Positions 1 through 9,824 are shown, counted from the first letter of the stretch. The stretch: 64,000 bases of DNA from Candidatus Polarisedimenticolia bacterium (GCA_035764505.1 DASTZC010000215.1:2402-66401), one strand, 5' to 3'. The notes: a model not told the origin generated them from the letters alone. Numbers and translations are program-made.

Positions 1-1264
1 CTCGGTGGTGCGCACCAGCCCGTGGCCCCCGCAGGTGGGGCAGGCGACGTAGCTGCCGGCGGCCTTCTCGGCCTTCAGTCGCTGGCGCGAGATCTCCAGC
101 AGCCCCAGCTTGGAGATGCGCGTGATGTCGTACTTGGCCTTGTCGCGCTTCATCGCGTCCTTCAGCGAGCGCTCCACCTCGCGCACGTTCTTCTGGGAGC
201 GCATGTCGATGAAGTCGATGACGATCAGGCCGCCGATGTCGCGGATGCGCAGCTGCCGTGCGATCTCCTCCGCCGCCTCGATGTTGGTGGCGGTGGCCAG
301 GTCCTCGATATTCGACTCCCGCTTCGAGCGGGAAGAGTTCACGTCGATGGCGGTGAGCGCCTCGGTGCCGTCGATGACGATCTCGCCCCCCGACTTCAGG
401 GAGACGCGGCGCTTGTAGATCGTCTCGATCTGCTCTTCCAGGTTGTGGCGGGTGAAGATCGGGCGGTCTTCGGTGTAGAGCTTGAGGATCTTCCGCTTGG
501 CGGGCATCACCTCCTGGAAGAAGCTCATCGCCTTCTCGTACATCTCCTTGCTGTCGATGTAGATCTCGGAGATGTCCTGGGTGAAGTAGTCGCGAATCGT
601 CCGGAGCACCAGGTCGCGCTCCTGGTAGACGAGCGACGGCCAGAGCTGCCCGTCCGACGTCTTCTGCACGTTGTCCCAGAGCTTCAGCAGGTACTTGAGG
701 TCGCGGTGCAGCTCGGTGCGCGACACGTCGTAGCCGGCGGTCCGCACGATCACCCCGAAGCCGTCGGGGACCTTCAGCTCCTCCATGATCTTCCGCAGGC
801 GCTCGCGCTGCTCGGCGTCTTCGATCTTGCGGGAGATGCCGGAGCTGTCGGAGCCGGGCATCAGGACCAGGTAGCGGCCCGGTAGGGAGTAGTACGTGGT
901 GAGGCTGGCGGGCTTGGTGGAGAAGCCGTCCTTGATGACCTGGACCAGGATCTTCTGACCCCGCTCCAGCCGGTCGCGGATGTGCTGCCGGTGGCCGCCC
1001 CCGTCCTCGCGCCCCTTCAAAATGGGCACGTTCTTGAAGTTGATCTCGTCCATCGGCAGGAAGCCGGGACGGTCGTTGGAGTAGCGCACGAAGGCGGCGT
1101 TCAGGGTGGTGTTGATCCCCTCCACGACCCCGTTGTAGGTATTGCCTTTGATGCTCTCCCGATTCAGAGTCTCGATTTCGAAGGTGTCGAGGACACCGTT
1201 CTCCACGATCGCCACGCGGGACTCCTCCGCGTGGGTCACGTTGATCAGCATTGCTTTTGACATG
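1..1264 (-). CDS. Ribonuclease E/G family endoribonuclease (Rne/Rng); N-terminal catalytic half only, C-terminus lies beyond the window start
   Basis: Reverse-complement translation from the ATG at 1264..1262 gives MSKAMLINVTHAEESRVAIVENGVLDTFEIETLNRESIKGNTYNGVV...AAFVRYSNDRPGFLPMDEI...CPTCGGHGLV (S1 domain, DNase I-like region, Zn-link CPxCxG), closely resembling RNase E/G N-termini. No stop codon before position 1, so it is absent from the ORF track; the 22..885 + ORF is its shadow frame. Confidence 0.8.
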
Positions 1265-1519
1265 GAACTCCCGGGCAACCGGCTCGACACCCCAGAATGC
1301 GGAGCGGAGCCGTCCCATCATCTCGTTGAACCGCCCCGCGTACCGACCATCGGTCCGGGGCGAAACTGCAATCCTTCCGTTCGGGGCCGGCTTCCCCAGC
1401 GGGGGCGGCCCTCGCCGTCATCTCGTCGTCGGGCGCCGCCCGCGCGGCAGCACCCGTGGCCGCGCAGTATAGCCGATGCACCCGGCGCCCGCTATCGCAG
1501 CCGGACGAGCGCGGCTCCC

Positions 1520-2695
1520 CTAGCGCACCAGAATGGGGGTGATCCGGTCCTGGACGGAGGTGGTCACCTCGGCGCCTTCCTCAGCGACGAAGAGGTTCAC
1601 CTCGCTGCGGATGCCGTACTCGGGCAGGTAGACCCCGGGCTCGATCGTGCAGCCGGTCCCCGGGATGAGCCGCCGCTCGTCGCGTGTCTCCAGATTGTCC
1701 AGGTGCGCGCCGTTGCCGTGCACCTCGTGACCGACGTTGTGCCCGGTTCGATGGATGAAGAAGCGCTCGTAGCCGCGGTCGCGGATGAAAGCGCGCGCCA
1801 CGTCGTCGACGTCGCAGCCGCGCAGAACCTTGCCGCTCTTGGCCCCGTCCAGGACGTAGCGGATGGCGGCGTCGCGCGCCCCCGACACCGCCTGCCAGAC
1901 GTCGTCGTAGCGGGTGGGGACCGTCTTCCCCACGAACCCCATCCAGGTGATGTCGGCGAACACCGCCGATTCCGGCTTCTCGCGGCACCAGAGATCCAGC
2001 AGCACCAGGTCGCCGCTGCGGATGGCCGCGCTCTTCCCCTCCTCGGGCATGTAATGCGGGTTTCCGGCATTGGCGTTCACCGCCACGATGGGCGGCTCGG
2101 CGTGCAGATCGCGATTGCGGAACTGCTCCATCATGAACTGCTGGATCTCGTGCTCGGTCCGGGTGCGGCCGGAATCCACCGAGGAGGCGATCTCGTGGAA
2201 GGTGCGGGCGACGATCTCGTCCAGGTGGCGCGCCGAGCGCCGGTGGGACGCCAGCGCCTCGGGGCTCCAGCGCGCCTCGAAGAACTGCACCAGGTCGGCC
2301 GAGGTGACCACCTCGGTCCCGCAGGCCCGGATCAGCTCCAGCGTCCCGCCGTCGACCCGCGACACGTAGGGAATCGCTCCGCCCGGCGAGTATTCCATCG
2401 CCACCCGCCGCAGTCCCTTCAGGATCGAGCGCAGGTTGTCCTCCAGCTGGCGCCAGCCGACGTAGGCGACCTTGCGCCCCGGAAGGGAGGCGAAGGCGTG
2501 GGCCTCGATGGCGCTGTGCAGCCAGATAGGCTCGCCTTTGACGGGAATCAGGGCGAACCAGCGGCGCGTAATCATCTGCCCGCCCGACAGCCCCGCGACC
2601 CGCGCCGCGATGGGATTCAGACCGTGAAAGTCGAACAGGAGCCAGCCATCCAGCTCCGCGCTCGACAGCGCCTTCTGGATTTCAGCGAGATTCAT
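1520..2695 (-). CDS. M24-family Xaa-Pro aminopeptidase / prolidase-like metallopeptidase
   Basis: 391-aa ORF with an N-terminal creatinase/prolidase-type domain and a C-terminal pita-bread fold carrying HRTGHNVGHEVHG...IEPG metal-ligand motifs. Confidence 0.75.
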   Translation of the reverse strand: MNLAEIQKALSSAELDGWLLFDFHGLNPIAARVAGLSGGQMITRRWFALIPVKGEPIWLHSAIEAHAFASLPGRKVAYVGWRQLEDNLRSILKGLRRVAMEYSPGGAIPYVSRVDGGTLELIRACGTEVVTSADLVQFFEARWSPEALASHRRSARHLDEIVARTFHEIASSVDSGRTRTEHEIQQFMMEQFRNRDLHAEPPIVAVNANAGNPHYMPEEGKSAAIRSGDLVLLDLWCREKPESAVFADITWMGFVGKTVPTRYDDVWQAVSGARDAAIRYVLDGAKSGKVLRGCDVDDVARAFIRDRGYERFFIHRTGHNVGHEVHGNGAHLDNLETRDERRLIPGTGCTIEPGVYLPEYGIRSEVNLFVAEEGAEVTTSVQDRITPILVR

Positions 2696-2762
2696 GAGAG
2701 CCTCCCCGGGGTTTTCACGTGGGTCATTCTAGCATTTCTCCCCCGCCGCGCCGCCGCACCCC

Positions 2763-3839
2763 GTGCGCCCCTCACGACCGGGGCTGACGCGGGAGGTCGA
2801 TTCCGCTATAGTGAGTCCCTCTTTCAGCTTTTCGGAGCCTCTCGTGTCTCGACCCTTCTCCGTCGGCGGCGTCAGCGTGAATCCGCCGCTGATCCTGGCC
2901 CCCATGGCCGGCATCACCGACCAGTACTTCCGCCGCATCCTCAAGCGCATCGGCGGGGTGGGGGTGGTGTCGATGGAGTTCATCTCCTCGGAAGCGCTGA
3001 CCCGCGGCAGCGAGCGCACCCGCTCGATGATGCACTATCACCCCGAAGAGCGGCCCCTGGCCATCCAGATCTACGGCTCCGACGCCGGCCGGATGTCGGA
3101 GGCCGCCGCCTACGTCGAGGAGATGGGGGCTGACATCGTCGACATCAACATGGGCTGCCCGGCCAACAAGATCCTGAAGGGATGCTCCGGCGCGGCACTG
3201 ATGGGGGACCTCGGCCTGGCGGAGAGGATCATCCGGGCCTGCCGTGACCGCGTGCGCATCCCTCTGACGGTGAAGTTCCGTCTCGGGCTGGACGACGGGC
3301 GCAGCAACTATCTCGAGCTGGGACGCATCTGTGAGGGGAGCGGCGCCGACGCGGTGGCGCTGCACGCCCGCACGGCGCGACAGATGTTCACCGGCCGGGC
3401 CGACTGGGGAAGGATCCGCACGCTGAAGCAGACCCTGTCGATACCCGTCAGCGGCAACGGCGATATCGTCACGCCCGACGACGCGCTGGCGATGTGGCGC
3501 GAGACCGGCTGCGACGGCGTCATGATCGGGCGCGGCGCGATGCAGAACCCATGGATCTTCCGGCAGACCGCCGCGCGCTTGCGCGGCGAGGAGCCCGCGC
3601 CGGTGACCCTGGCCGACCGGCGCGAGATGATCCTCGGGCACTTCCGGCTCCTGCGCGATCAGGAGGATGAGCGCTTCGCCCTGCACAAGATCCGCACTTT
3701 CACCGGCTGGTACACGCACGGCCTCCCCAACGGCCGGCAGCTGCGCCAGAAGATCTCGACGCTCCCCACGGTGGAAGCCTTCATCGAGGCGGTCGAGTCG
3801 TTCTTCGAAACCTTCCAGGACGCCACCGCCGCCGCCTGA
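2763..3839 (+). CDS. dus: tRNA-dihydrouridine synthase (DusB-like); true start may be an internal GTG near 2843
   Basis: PLILAPMAGITDQYFRRI...DINMGCPANKI...KFRLG motifs of the Dus TIM-barrel FMN enzyme family. Confidence 0.85.
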   Translation: MRPSRPGLTREVDSAIVSPSFSFSEPLVSRPFSVGGVSVNPPLILAPMAGITDQYFRRILKRIGGVGVVSMEFISSEALTRGSERTRSMMHYHPEERPLAIQIYGSDAGRMSEAAAYVEEMGADIVDINMGCPANKILKGCSGAALMGDLGLAERIIRACRDRVRIPLTVKFRLGLDDGRSNYLELGRICEGSGADAVALHARTARQMFTGRADWGRIRTLKQTLSIPVSGNGDIVTPDDALAMWRETGCDGVMIGRGAMQNPWIFRQTAARLRGEEPAPVTLADRREMILGHFRLLRDQEDERFALHKIRTFTGWYTHGLPNGRQLRQKISTLPTVEAFIEAVESFFETFQDATAAA

Positions 3840-3884
3840 CGCTCCCCCCAATCCCCTGCCCCGGCATGGTACGATGCCCGCCCT

Positions 3885-4685
3885 TTGACTTCGGGAGTCC
3901 GCATGGACTGGCTTTCCGATCCCAACGCCTGGGTCGGCTTTCTCACGCTGGCCGGGCTGGAAATCGTCCTCGGGATCGACAACATCGTCTTCATCTCCAT
4001 CCTGGTGGGGAAGCTGGAGAAGGAGCGCCAGCCGCGGGCCTACCGCGTGGGGCTGGGGCTCGCCCTGATCTCCCGCATCGCGCTGCTCATGTCCCTGTCC
4101 TGGGTGATGGGGCTGACGCGGCCGCTGTTCGAGGTGCTGGGACGGGGGTTCACCGGACGCGACATCGTTCTGCTGCTCGGCGGATTGTTCCTGATCGCCA
4201 AGAGCACGCTGGAAATCCACGAGCGCCTGGAAGGCGAGGAGGGAGCGCGCTCATCGCGCGTCGCCGCTTCTTACGCCTCGGTGCTGATCCAGATCATGCT
4301 TCTCGACATCGTCTTCTCCCTCGACTCCGTGATCACGGCCGTGGGCATGGTGTCGCACGTCACCATCATGATCGCGGCGGTCATCGTCGCGGTCCTGGTG
4401 ATGATGATCTTCGCCAAACGGATCGGCGATTTCGTCCACCGCCACCCCAGCGTGAAGATGCTGGCGCTCGCTTTCCTTCTTCTGATCGGCGTCGTCCTGA
4501 TGGCCGACGGCTTCGGCCATCACGTGCCGAAGGGGTACATCTACACCGCGATGGCCTTCTCCCTCTTCGTCGAGCTGCTGAACCTGCGCGCCCGGGGCCG
4601 GAGCAAAGTGGGGCATCCCGTCGAGCTGCGCGAGCCCTACATCGAAGGGGCCGCCGGCGCCGCATCGCAGAAGCGGAAGGCCTGA
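3885..4685 (+). CDS. TerC-family integral membrane protein
   Basis: FLTLAGLEIVLGIDNIVFISILV... tandem TerC repeats with multiple TM helices. Confidence 0.8.
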   Translation: MTSGVRMDWLSDPNAWVGFLTLAGLEIVLGIDNIVFISILVGKLEKERQPRAYRVGLGLALISRIALLMSLSWVMGLTRPLFEVLGRGFTGRDIVLLLGGLFLIAKSTLEIHERLEGEEGARSSRVAASYASVLIQIMLLDIVFSLDSVITAVGMVSHVTIMIAAVIVAVLVMMIFAKRIGDFVHRHPSVKMLALAFLLLIGVVLMADGFGHHVPKGYIYTAMAFSLFVELLNLRARGRSKVGHPVELREPYIEGAAGAASQKRKA

Positions 4686-4727
4686 AGCCCCGCACAGATT
4701 TCCAAGGGATCCAAGGCGGAAGGAGAC

Positions 4728-5303
4728 TCAGCCCTTCATCCGCGCGTACCAGGCGCGCACCGCCGGATACTCGGGAGGGATTCCGCGGGGGCTGTACAGC
4801 TCGACGCGGGAGAGGCAGGCATACAAAGCGATGTCGGCCAGGGTCGGCCGTGCTCCCAGCGCGAACCCGTCGCCCGCCAGCAGCTGGTCCAGCGCCTCGT
4901 AGTGATGGGCCAGCTCGGCCTTTATGAGAGCCTTGCCCGCGTCATCGAGCGCCGCGCCTTTGCCGTCGACGCCGCGGCGCTGGCTCCCCACGAGCGGGAT
5001 CAACGCCTCGTCCACATACTCCTCGATGATCCAGGCCAGGGCGCGGGAGCGGGCGTCATCCGGGAGGAACCTGCCTCCTCCGTAGCTCTTCACCAGGTAG
5101 TTCAGGATGCGGGTGGAATCGTGAATGACCGTCTCTCCGTCCACCAGCACCGGCACCTTCTTCTGCCCCGAAATCTCCTCCACCGCCGAGCGGTCCGAGG
5201 GGTCGATTTCGACGCTTTCGTAGCGGACCTCCATCCGGCGCAGCGCGGAGCGCACCTTCTCGCAATAGGGGCAGGCTTCGAAATGATAAAGCTTCAAGGA
5301 CAA
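4728..5303 (-). CDS. Glutathione S-transferase-like protein
   Basis: MSLKLYHFEACPYCEKVRSALR... thioredoxin-like N-domain with CPYC plus an alpha-helical GST C-domain. Confidence 0.8.
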   Translation of the reverse strand: MSLKLYHFEACPYCEKVRSALRRMEVRYESVEIDPSDRSAVEEISGQKKVPVLVDGETVIHDSTRILNYLVKSYGGGRFLPDDARSRALAWIIEEYVDEALIPLVGSQRRGVDGKGAALDDAGKALIKAELAHHYEALDQLLAGDGFALGARPTLADIALYACLSRVELYSPRGIPPEYPAVRAWYARMKG

Positions 5304-5469
5304 CGGGGGCCTCTCTTCCCGGACCGGGCGCCGGGCGAATTATCCACAAAGGATTCAAGGGGATCAACCCTCAGCATGGACCGCCCGGGCCACCCTGGGA
5401 GGGGGATGAATCCTTTCCTATCCGATAGCATCTGAAGCTCGGGTAAGGAGGATTGAAACGGAGGAGGTC

Positions 5470-6129
5470 ATGCAGCACGAACGCCCTGCCACGAAGCGAG
5501 GTAGCCCCCCGGGTGCCCCCGGGGCGGACGTTCGCCGGGAGGAATTCGAAGCCCAGGCCCTGCCGCATCTGCGGGCGATGCACCACCTGGCGCTGCGCCT
5601 GACGCGCAACGACAGGGACGCCGAAGATCTCGTCCAGGATACCTACCTGCGTGCCTATCGTTTCTTCCACCGTTTCGAGCCCGGCACCAACATCCGGGCC
5701 TGGCTGTTCCGGATCCTGAAGAACCAGTTCCTCAATCGGGTGCAGCAGCACCGGCTCGAGTCGGGCAACGTCGACCTGGACGATATGCTCGCCTCGGGCG
5801 CCGCTCCCGAGTCGGCCTTTCCCCACGTGCAGGACCGGAACCCGGAGCAGGAAGTGATGGCTTCGGTCACTTCCTCGGAGGTCGAGGAGGCGCTGGCGGA
5901 GCTGCCGGCCGAGTACCGTCCGGTGGTGACGCTCGCCCTGGTGGACGAGAAAAGCTACAAATACATCTCGAAGGCGCTGCGCATCCCCATGGGCACCGTC
6001 ATGTCGCGGCTGCACCGGGGACGCAGGCTCCTGCAATCGCGGCTCTACGACTACGTCGCGCACCGTCACCTGGTGGGGCGCGATGCCCTCGCCGAAGCCG
6101 CCGGCGCCCGCCGCGAAGTCTCGCACTAG
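5470..6129 (+). CDS. ECF (sigma-70 family, RpoE-like) RNA polymerase sigma factor
   Basis: Region 2 (DAEDLVQDTYLRAYRFFHRFEPGTNIRAWLFRILKNQFLN) and region 4 HTH (EYRPVVTLALVDEKSYKYISKALRIPMGTVMSRLHRGR); a strong SD GGAGGAGG precedes the ATG. Confidence 0.85.
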   Translation: MQHERPATKRGSPPGAPGADVRREEFEAQALPHLRAMHHLALRLTRNDRDAEDLVQDTYLRAYRFFHRFEPGTNIRAWLFRILKNQFLNRVQQHRLESGNVDLDDMLASGAAPESAFPHVQDRNPEQEVMASVTSSEVEEALAELPAEYRPVVTLALVDEKSYKYISKALRIPMGTVMSRLHRGRRLLQSRLYDYVAHRHLVGRDALAEAAGARREVSH

Positions 6130-6145
6130 CGTCGAGCGACCGCGA

Positions 6146-6790
6146 TCAGTCCGCGAGCACCTCGTAGAGGGTTTCTTCCAGCGTATCGAGAGCCGAAGTG
6201 AAGAGGTGATCGGCCCCCGGGACGATCAGCAGCCTGGCACTCTCCCCCAGCTTCTCCACCAGGCGCCGCAGGTCGTCCGTCGATCCATATTCATCCCGAT
6301 CTCCCTGCACGATCCGGATCGGCTTGGCAATGGCCTGCAGGAAATCGAAGGACCCGAGCGTCAGGGGCAGTCCAATTCCCACCAGCCGGTCGACGCGGCC
6401 ATCATCGCCGCAGGCCTCCAACCCGACGCGGGCGCCGAAGGAATAGCCGAGCAGCGTGACCGGAAGGCCCGGACATTTCGCCGCCAGAGTCTCGAGGGCC
6501 GCCCGCACGTCTTCCTTCTCCCCCACTCCCCCGTCGTAGCCCCCCTCCGAGATCCCGACTCCCCGGAAATTGAACCTCAAGGTAGCGAATCCGCGCCGGT
6601 GAAAGGCCTTCGCCGCGCGGTAAATCACCGGCGAGTGCATCGACCCCTGATAAAGAGGATGCGGATGGCACAGCAGCGCCGCCCGCGGGGGAGGCTCGTG
6701 CGGGATTCTGAGGATTCCCTCCAGCACCCCGCAGGGGCCCATCATCTTGATCGTCTCGATTCGTGCGGCCATCTCAGGATCGATCCGCAC
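6146..6790 (-). CDS. Alpha/beta-fold hydrolase (small esterase-like)
   Basis: 214 aa with a GYSFGA nucleophile-elbow motif (GxSxG) and later Asp/His candidates; the family assignment is generic. Confidence 0.55.
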   Translation of the reverse strand: MRIDPEMAARIETIKMMGPCGVLEGILRIPHEPPPRAALLCHPHPLYQGSMHSPVIYRAAKAFHRRGFATLRFNFRGVGISEGGYDGGVGEKEDVRAALETLAAKCPGLPVTLLGYSFGARVGLEACGDDGRVDRLVGIGLPLTLGSFDFLQAIAKPIRIVQGDRDEYGSTDDLRRLVEKLGESARLLIVPGADHLFTSALDTLEETLYEVLAD

Positions 6791-7904
6791 GCCGCCGCGC
6801 CGCGGGCGGTTCTATTTCCAGCAGCGCGAGCAGCCTCGCCGTCAGGGAGCCGTGGGGCAGACGCAGGAGGCGATCGCGCGTGAGCCATCGCGCATGGCTC
6901 GGCATCCTCCAGCCCGGCGCCGGCTCCGACAGCTGCGCGGCGCGGGCGCTCACGCGGATCCGGCGATAGGTGATCGTCTGGCTCAGCCGGGCAATCTCCT
7001 CTTCGGATTCGATCGCCCGCCCCAGCCGCTGCCTGCCGACGCGACGCAATCCGGCGGCGGCGCTCTCTCCCGATTCCAGGAAATCCCCGGGGAATTCCCA
7101 CAGCCCTTCCATCAATCCGGGACCGGTGCGCCGCACCATGAGATAGGCCCCGCCATGGCGCACGATCGCCACGGCCGATTCGCGCCTCTCCGCGCGACGG
7201 CTCTTCCCGGATTGCGGCAGCTCCTCCTCGATTCCCCTGGCCCTGGCCTCGCAGTCACGCGCGAGAGGACAGCGCGCGCAACGGGGCGAAACGGGCGTGC
7301 AGATCAGCGCACCCAGCTCCATCAGGGCCTGCGTAATGTCCGAGGGACTGCCGCATCCCAGAAGATCGCGCGCCGCCTGCTCCAGGCGCCGGCGCACCGC
7401 CGCGACGGCGGGATCGCCCCGGAGGGCCAACAGGCGCGCCAGCACCCGCTCGGCGTTGCCATCCAGGGCCGGCTCCGGGCGATCGAAAGCGATGCTGGCG
7501 ATCGCCCCGGCGGTGTAGCTGCCAATCCCGGGGAGGGCGCGCAGCGCATCCATCCGGGAGGGCAGCCGGCCACCGTGCCGGGCGACGATCTCGCGGGCGG
7601 CCGCGTGCAAGTGGCGGGCCCGCCGGTAGTAGCCCAGCCCCGACCAGGCCGCCAGCACGTCGGCCTCGCGCGCCTTCGCGAGCGCCCGCACCGTGGGAAA
7701 GCGCCGCACGAAGCGCTCGTAATAGGCGATCACCGTCGATACCTGCGTCTGCTGCAGCATCACCTCGGAGATCCAGATGCGGTAGGGATCGCGCGTGCGC
7801 CGCCACGGAAGATCACGGCGATGCCGGTGATACCACGCACCGAGCCGGTGCGCCGCCTTCGCCGCCGAAAAAACCTCCGACCTTTTTTGTATAATCCGCG
7901 CCAT
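6774..7904 (-). CDS. mutY: A/G-specific adenine DNA glycosylase MutY
   Basis: HhH-GPD glycosylase motifs (WISEVMLQQTQV, LPGIGSYTAGAI), the 4Fe-4S cysteine cluster CxxxxxxCxxCxxxxxC, and a C-terminal NUDIX-like domain. Start taken at MARIIQ (7904), which abuts the divergent epimerase start. Confidence 0.85.
   Translation of the reverse strand: MARIIQKRSEVFSAAKAAHRLGAWYHRHRRDLPWRRTRDPYRIWISEVMLQQTQVSTVIAYYERFVRRFPTVRALAKAREADVLAAWSGLGYYRRARHLHAAAREIVARHGGRLPSRMDALRALPGIGSYTAGAIASIAFDRPEPALDGNAERVLARLLALRGDPAVAAVRRRLEQAARDLLGCGSPSDITQALMELGALICTPVSPRCARCPLARDCEARARGIEEELPQSGKSRRAERRESAVAIVRHGGAYLMVRRTGPGLMEGLWEFPGDFLESGESAAAGLRRVGRQRLGRAIESEEEIARLSQTITYRRIRVSARAAQLSEPAPGWRMPSHARWLTRDRLLRLPHGSLTARLLALLEIEPPAARRRADRS
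7888..7895 (+). promoter_or_regulatory. Extended -10 element TGTATAAT immediately upstream of the epimerase ATG (predicts a leaderless or near-leaderless mRNA)
   Basis: TGnTATAAT at 7888-7895 ends 7 nt before the ATG at 7903; this stretch is AT-rich within a 68% GC context. Confidence 0.35.
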
Positions 7905-8832
7905 GCGAATCCTCGTGACCGGTGGTGCGGGCTTCATCGGCAGCCACATCGCGGACGCTTACCTGCGGGCGGGACACCGGGTGGCGGTGATCGACAACCT
8001 GGCCACCGGGTTCCGCAAGAATCTCCCTGCCAAGGCGCGATTCTATGAAGCCGACCTACGGAACACAACGTTGATCCGCAAGATCGTGCTCAAGGAGAAG
8101 CCGGATATCGTCAACCACCACGCCGCCCTCGCGGAGGTGGTGAAATCTGTGCGCGATCCGCTCCCCACCTTCGAGGTCAATGTCTCCGGGACCGCGGGGC
8201 TGCTGTTGGCGTGCGGCGAGGCCGGCATCCGCAAGTTCCTGTTCGCCTCCACCGGAGGCGCAATCTACGGCGAGCCGAAGAAGGTCCCCGCGCCCGAGTC
8301 GGAGCCTCCCGTTCCCCTGTCGCCCTACGGTCTCTCGAAGTGGCTGGGCGAGGAAGTCATCCGCTTCTACTCGCGGACGTACGGCTTCCCCTACGTGATC
8401 TTCCGCTATCCCAACGTCTATGGGCCGCGCCAGAACCCGAAGGGAGAGGCGGGCGTGGTGGCGATCTTCGCCGGGCTGATGCGCTCAGGGCAGCAGCCCA
8501 TAATCTTCGGGGACGGGACGAAGACGCGCGACTACGTCTATGTCGAGGATTTGGTGCGGGCCAACCTCACGGCGCTGCGCAAAGGAAAGAACGAGACGCT
8601 CAACCTGGGATGGGGAAGGAAGGTCAGCGACCTCGACATCTTCAAAACGCTGGCAAGCGCGATGGGCTTCCGCGACAAGGCGAAGCACGCCCCCTACCGC
8701 AAGGGCGAGGTCTACCGCATCGCCCTGTCGGCCCGGCGCGCAAGCAAAGTCCTCGGCTGGAAGCCGGCCGTGACCCTCGAGCAGGGAATCCGCCGCTACC
8801 TCGACGCCACCTACCCGACGCTGCGCCGCTAG
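7903..8832 (+). CDS. NAD-dependent epimerase/dehydratase (UDP-glucose 4-epimerase GalE-like SDR)
   Basis: MRILVTGGAGFIGSH Rossmann motif plus the catalytic YxxxK (SPYGLSK) of extended SDRs. Confidence 0.85.
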   Translation: MRILVTGGAGFIGSHIADAYLRAGHRVAVIDNLATGFRKNLPAKARFYEADLRNTTLIRKIVLKEKPDIVNHHAALAEVVKSVRDPLPTFEVNVSGTAGLLLACGEAGIRKFLFASTGGAIYGEPKKVPAPESEPPVPLSPYGLSKWLGEEVIRFYSRTYGFPYVIFRYPNVYGPRQNPKGEAGVVAIFAGLMRSGQQPIIFGDGTKTRDYVYVEDLVRANLTALRKGKNETLNLGWGRKVSDLDIFKTLASAMGFRDKAKHAPYRKGEVYRIALSARRASKVLGWKPAVTLEQGIRRYLDATYPTLRR

Positions 8833-9035
8833 ACCGACAAGGCACGGGCCTGGCGCACCCCCTGCTGGCGCGATGCCTCCACTCGCCAGATCCATGCCGG
8901 TCGCGATCTTCGCGGCAATTCCGCATACCGCCCGCGCGTCCGGCACCAGCGTTGACGAAGGCCGCCCCGCGCCGGTACGATTTGGCCTCCTCAGTCCGCG
9001 AACGCAGTTCGCTGCGCCCGCAAAGAAAGGAAGCG

Positions 9036-9824
9036 ATGCCGGAAACACTGGTGAACTACCGGGTCGACGGCCCCGTCGCTCTGCTGGAGCTCAACGCCCC
9101 GCCCGCCAATACCTACAGCTACGAGATGATGCGGCAGCTCGACGACGCCATCCTGCGGGCCCGCTTCGACGACGACGTGCACGTCCTCATCCTGAGGGGG
9201 GCCGGCGACAAGTTCTTCTGCGCCGGCGCCGACATCCGCATGCTCTCCGAGATGACGCCGCGCTCCAAGTACTACTTCTGCCTGCACGCCAACGAGACCC
9301 TCAACCGGCTGGAGCAGACACCCAAGCTGGTCATCGCGGCGCTGAACGGCCACACTGTCGGCGGCGGACTGGAGGTCGCCCTGGCCGCCGATCTGCGAAT
9401 CGCCCGGAGCGGCGGCGGCAAAATCGGCGTCCCCGAAGTCGCCCTCGGGGTCCTGCCGGGCACCGGAGGGACGCAGCGGCTCGCGCGGCTGCTCGGCAGG
9501 TCCAAGGCCCTGGAGCTGATGATCGCCGGCAAGACCTTCTCCTTCGAGGAAGCCGCGGCACTGGGGCTGGTGAACCAGATCCTGGAGCCGGAAGGATTCG
9601 AGCGCGGGATCATCGAGCAGGCGCATCACTACTGCCCTCCCCGCAAGGCCCCGCTGGCGGTGGGCGCCATCAAGCGCGCCGTCCTGTCGGGCATGGAGAG
9701 CTCCTTCGCGGAGGGGCTGGCGCTGGAGCGCGAGCTTCAGCAACAGCTCTTCACCAGCGAGGACGCGAAAGAAGGGCTGGCCGCCTACAAGGAAAAACGC
9801 TCTCCGGGGTTCAAAGCGCGTTGA
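9036..9824 (+). CDS. Enoyl-CoA hydratase/isomerase (crotonase family)
   Basis: GAGDKFFCAGADI...AALNGHTVGGGLEVALAADLRIA crotonase oxyanion-hole motifs. Start trimmed to the ATG at 9036 (RBS AAAGGAAG); the 8211 ORF is an over-extension overlapping the upstream gene. Confidence 0.8.
   Translation: MPETLVNYRVDGPVALLELNAPPANTYSYEMMRQLDDAILRARFDDDVHVLILRGAGDKFFCAGADIRMLSEMTPRSKYYFCLHANETLNRLEQTPKLVIAALNGHTVGGGLEVALAADLRIARSGGGKIGVPEVALGVLPGTGGTQRLARLLGRSKALELMIAGKTFSFEEAAALGLVNQILEPEGFERGIIEQAHHYCPPRKAPLAVGAIKRAVLSGMESSFAEGLALERELQQQLFTSEDAKEGLAAYKEKRSPGFKAR

Noticed and set aside
22-885. 287-aa + strand ORF (and 110..418, 982..1260 and others) across the window start
   Set aside because: It is a shadow frame of the minus-strand RNase E/G gene. 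Its composition is Ala/Gly/Arg/Leu-rich with no motifs, whereas the opposite strand gives an excellent RNase E/G match.
2772-4220. 482-aa minus-strand ORF, and many other 60-400-aa ORFs antisense to real genes (for example 3866..4927, 6747..8048, 8873..10015, 15689..16825, 17061..18359, 18926..20365, 25148..31786, 36738..38771)
   Set aside because: These are typical high-GC antisense open frames. They are Arg/Ala/Gly/Pro-rich, lack conserved motifs, and fully overlap confidently assigned genes.
8211-9824. 537-aa ORF; also 10194..11900, 11644..13119, 14307..15761 and 18232..19050
   Set aside because: These are N-terminal over-extensions that run through the upstream gene in another frame. They were trimmed to internal starts with RBSs and family-typical N-termini (9036, 11124, 11941, 14661, 18334).
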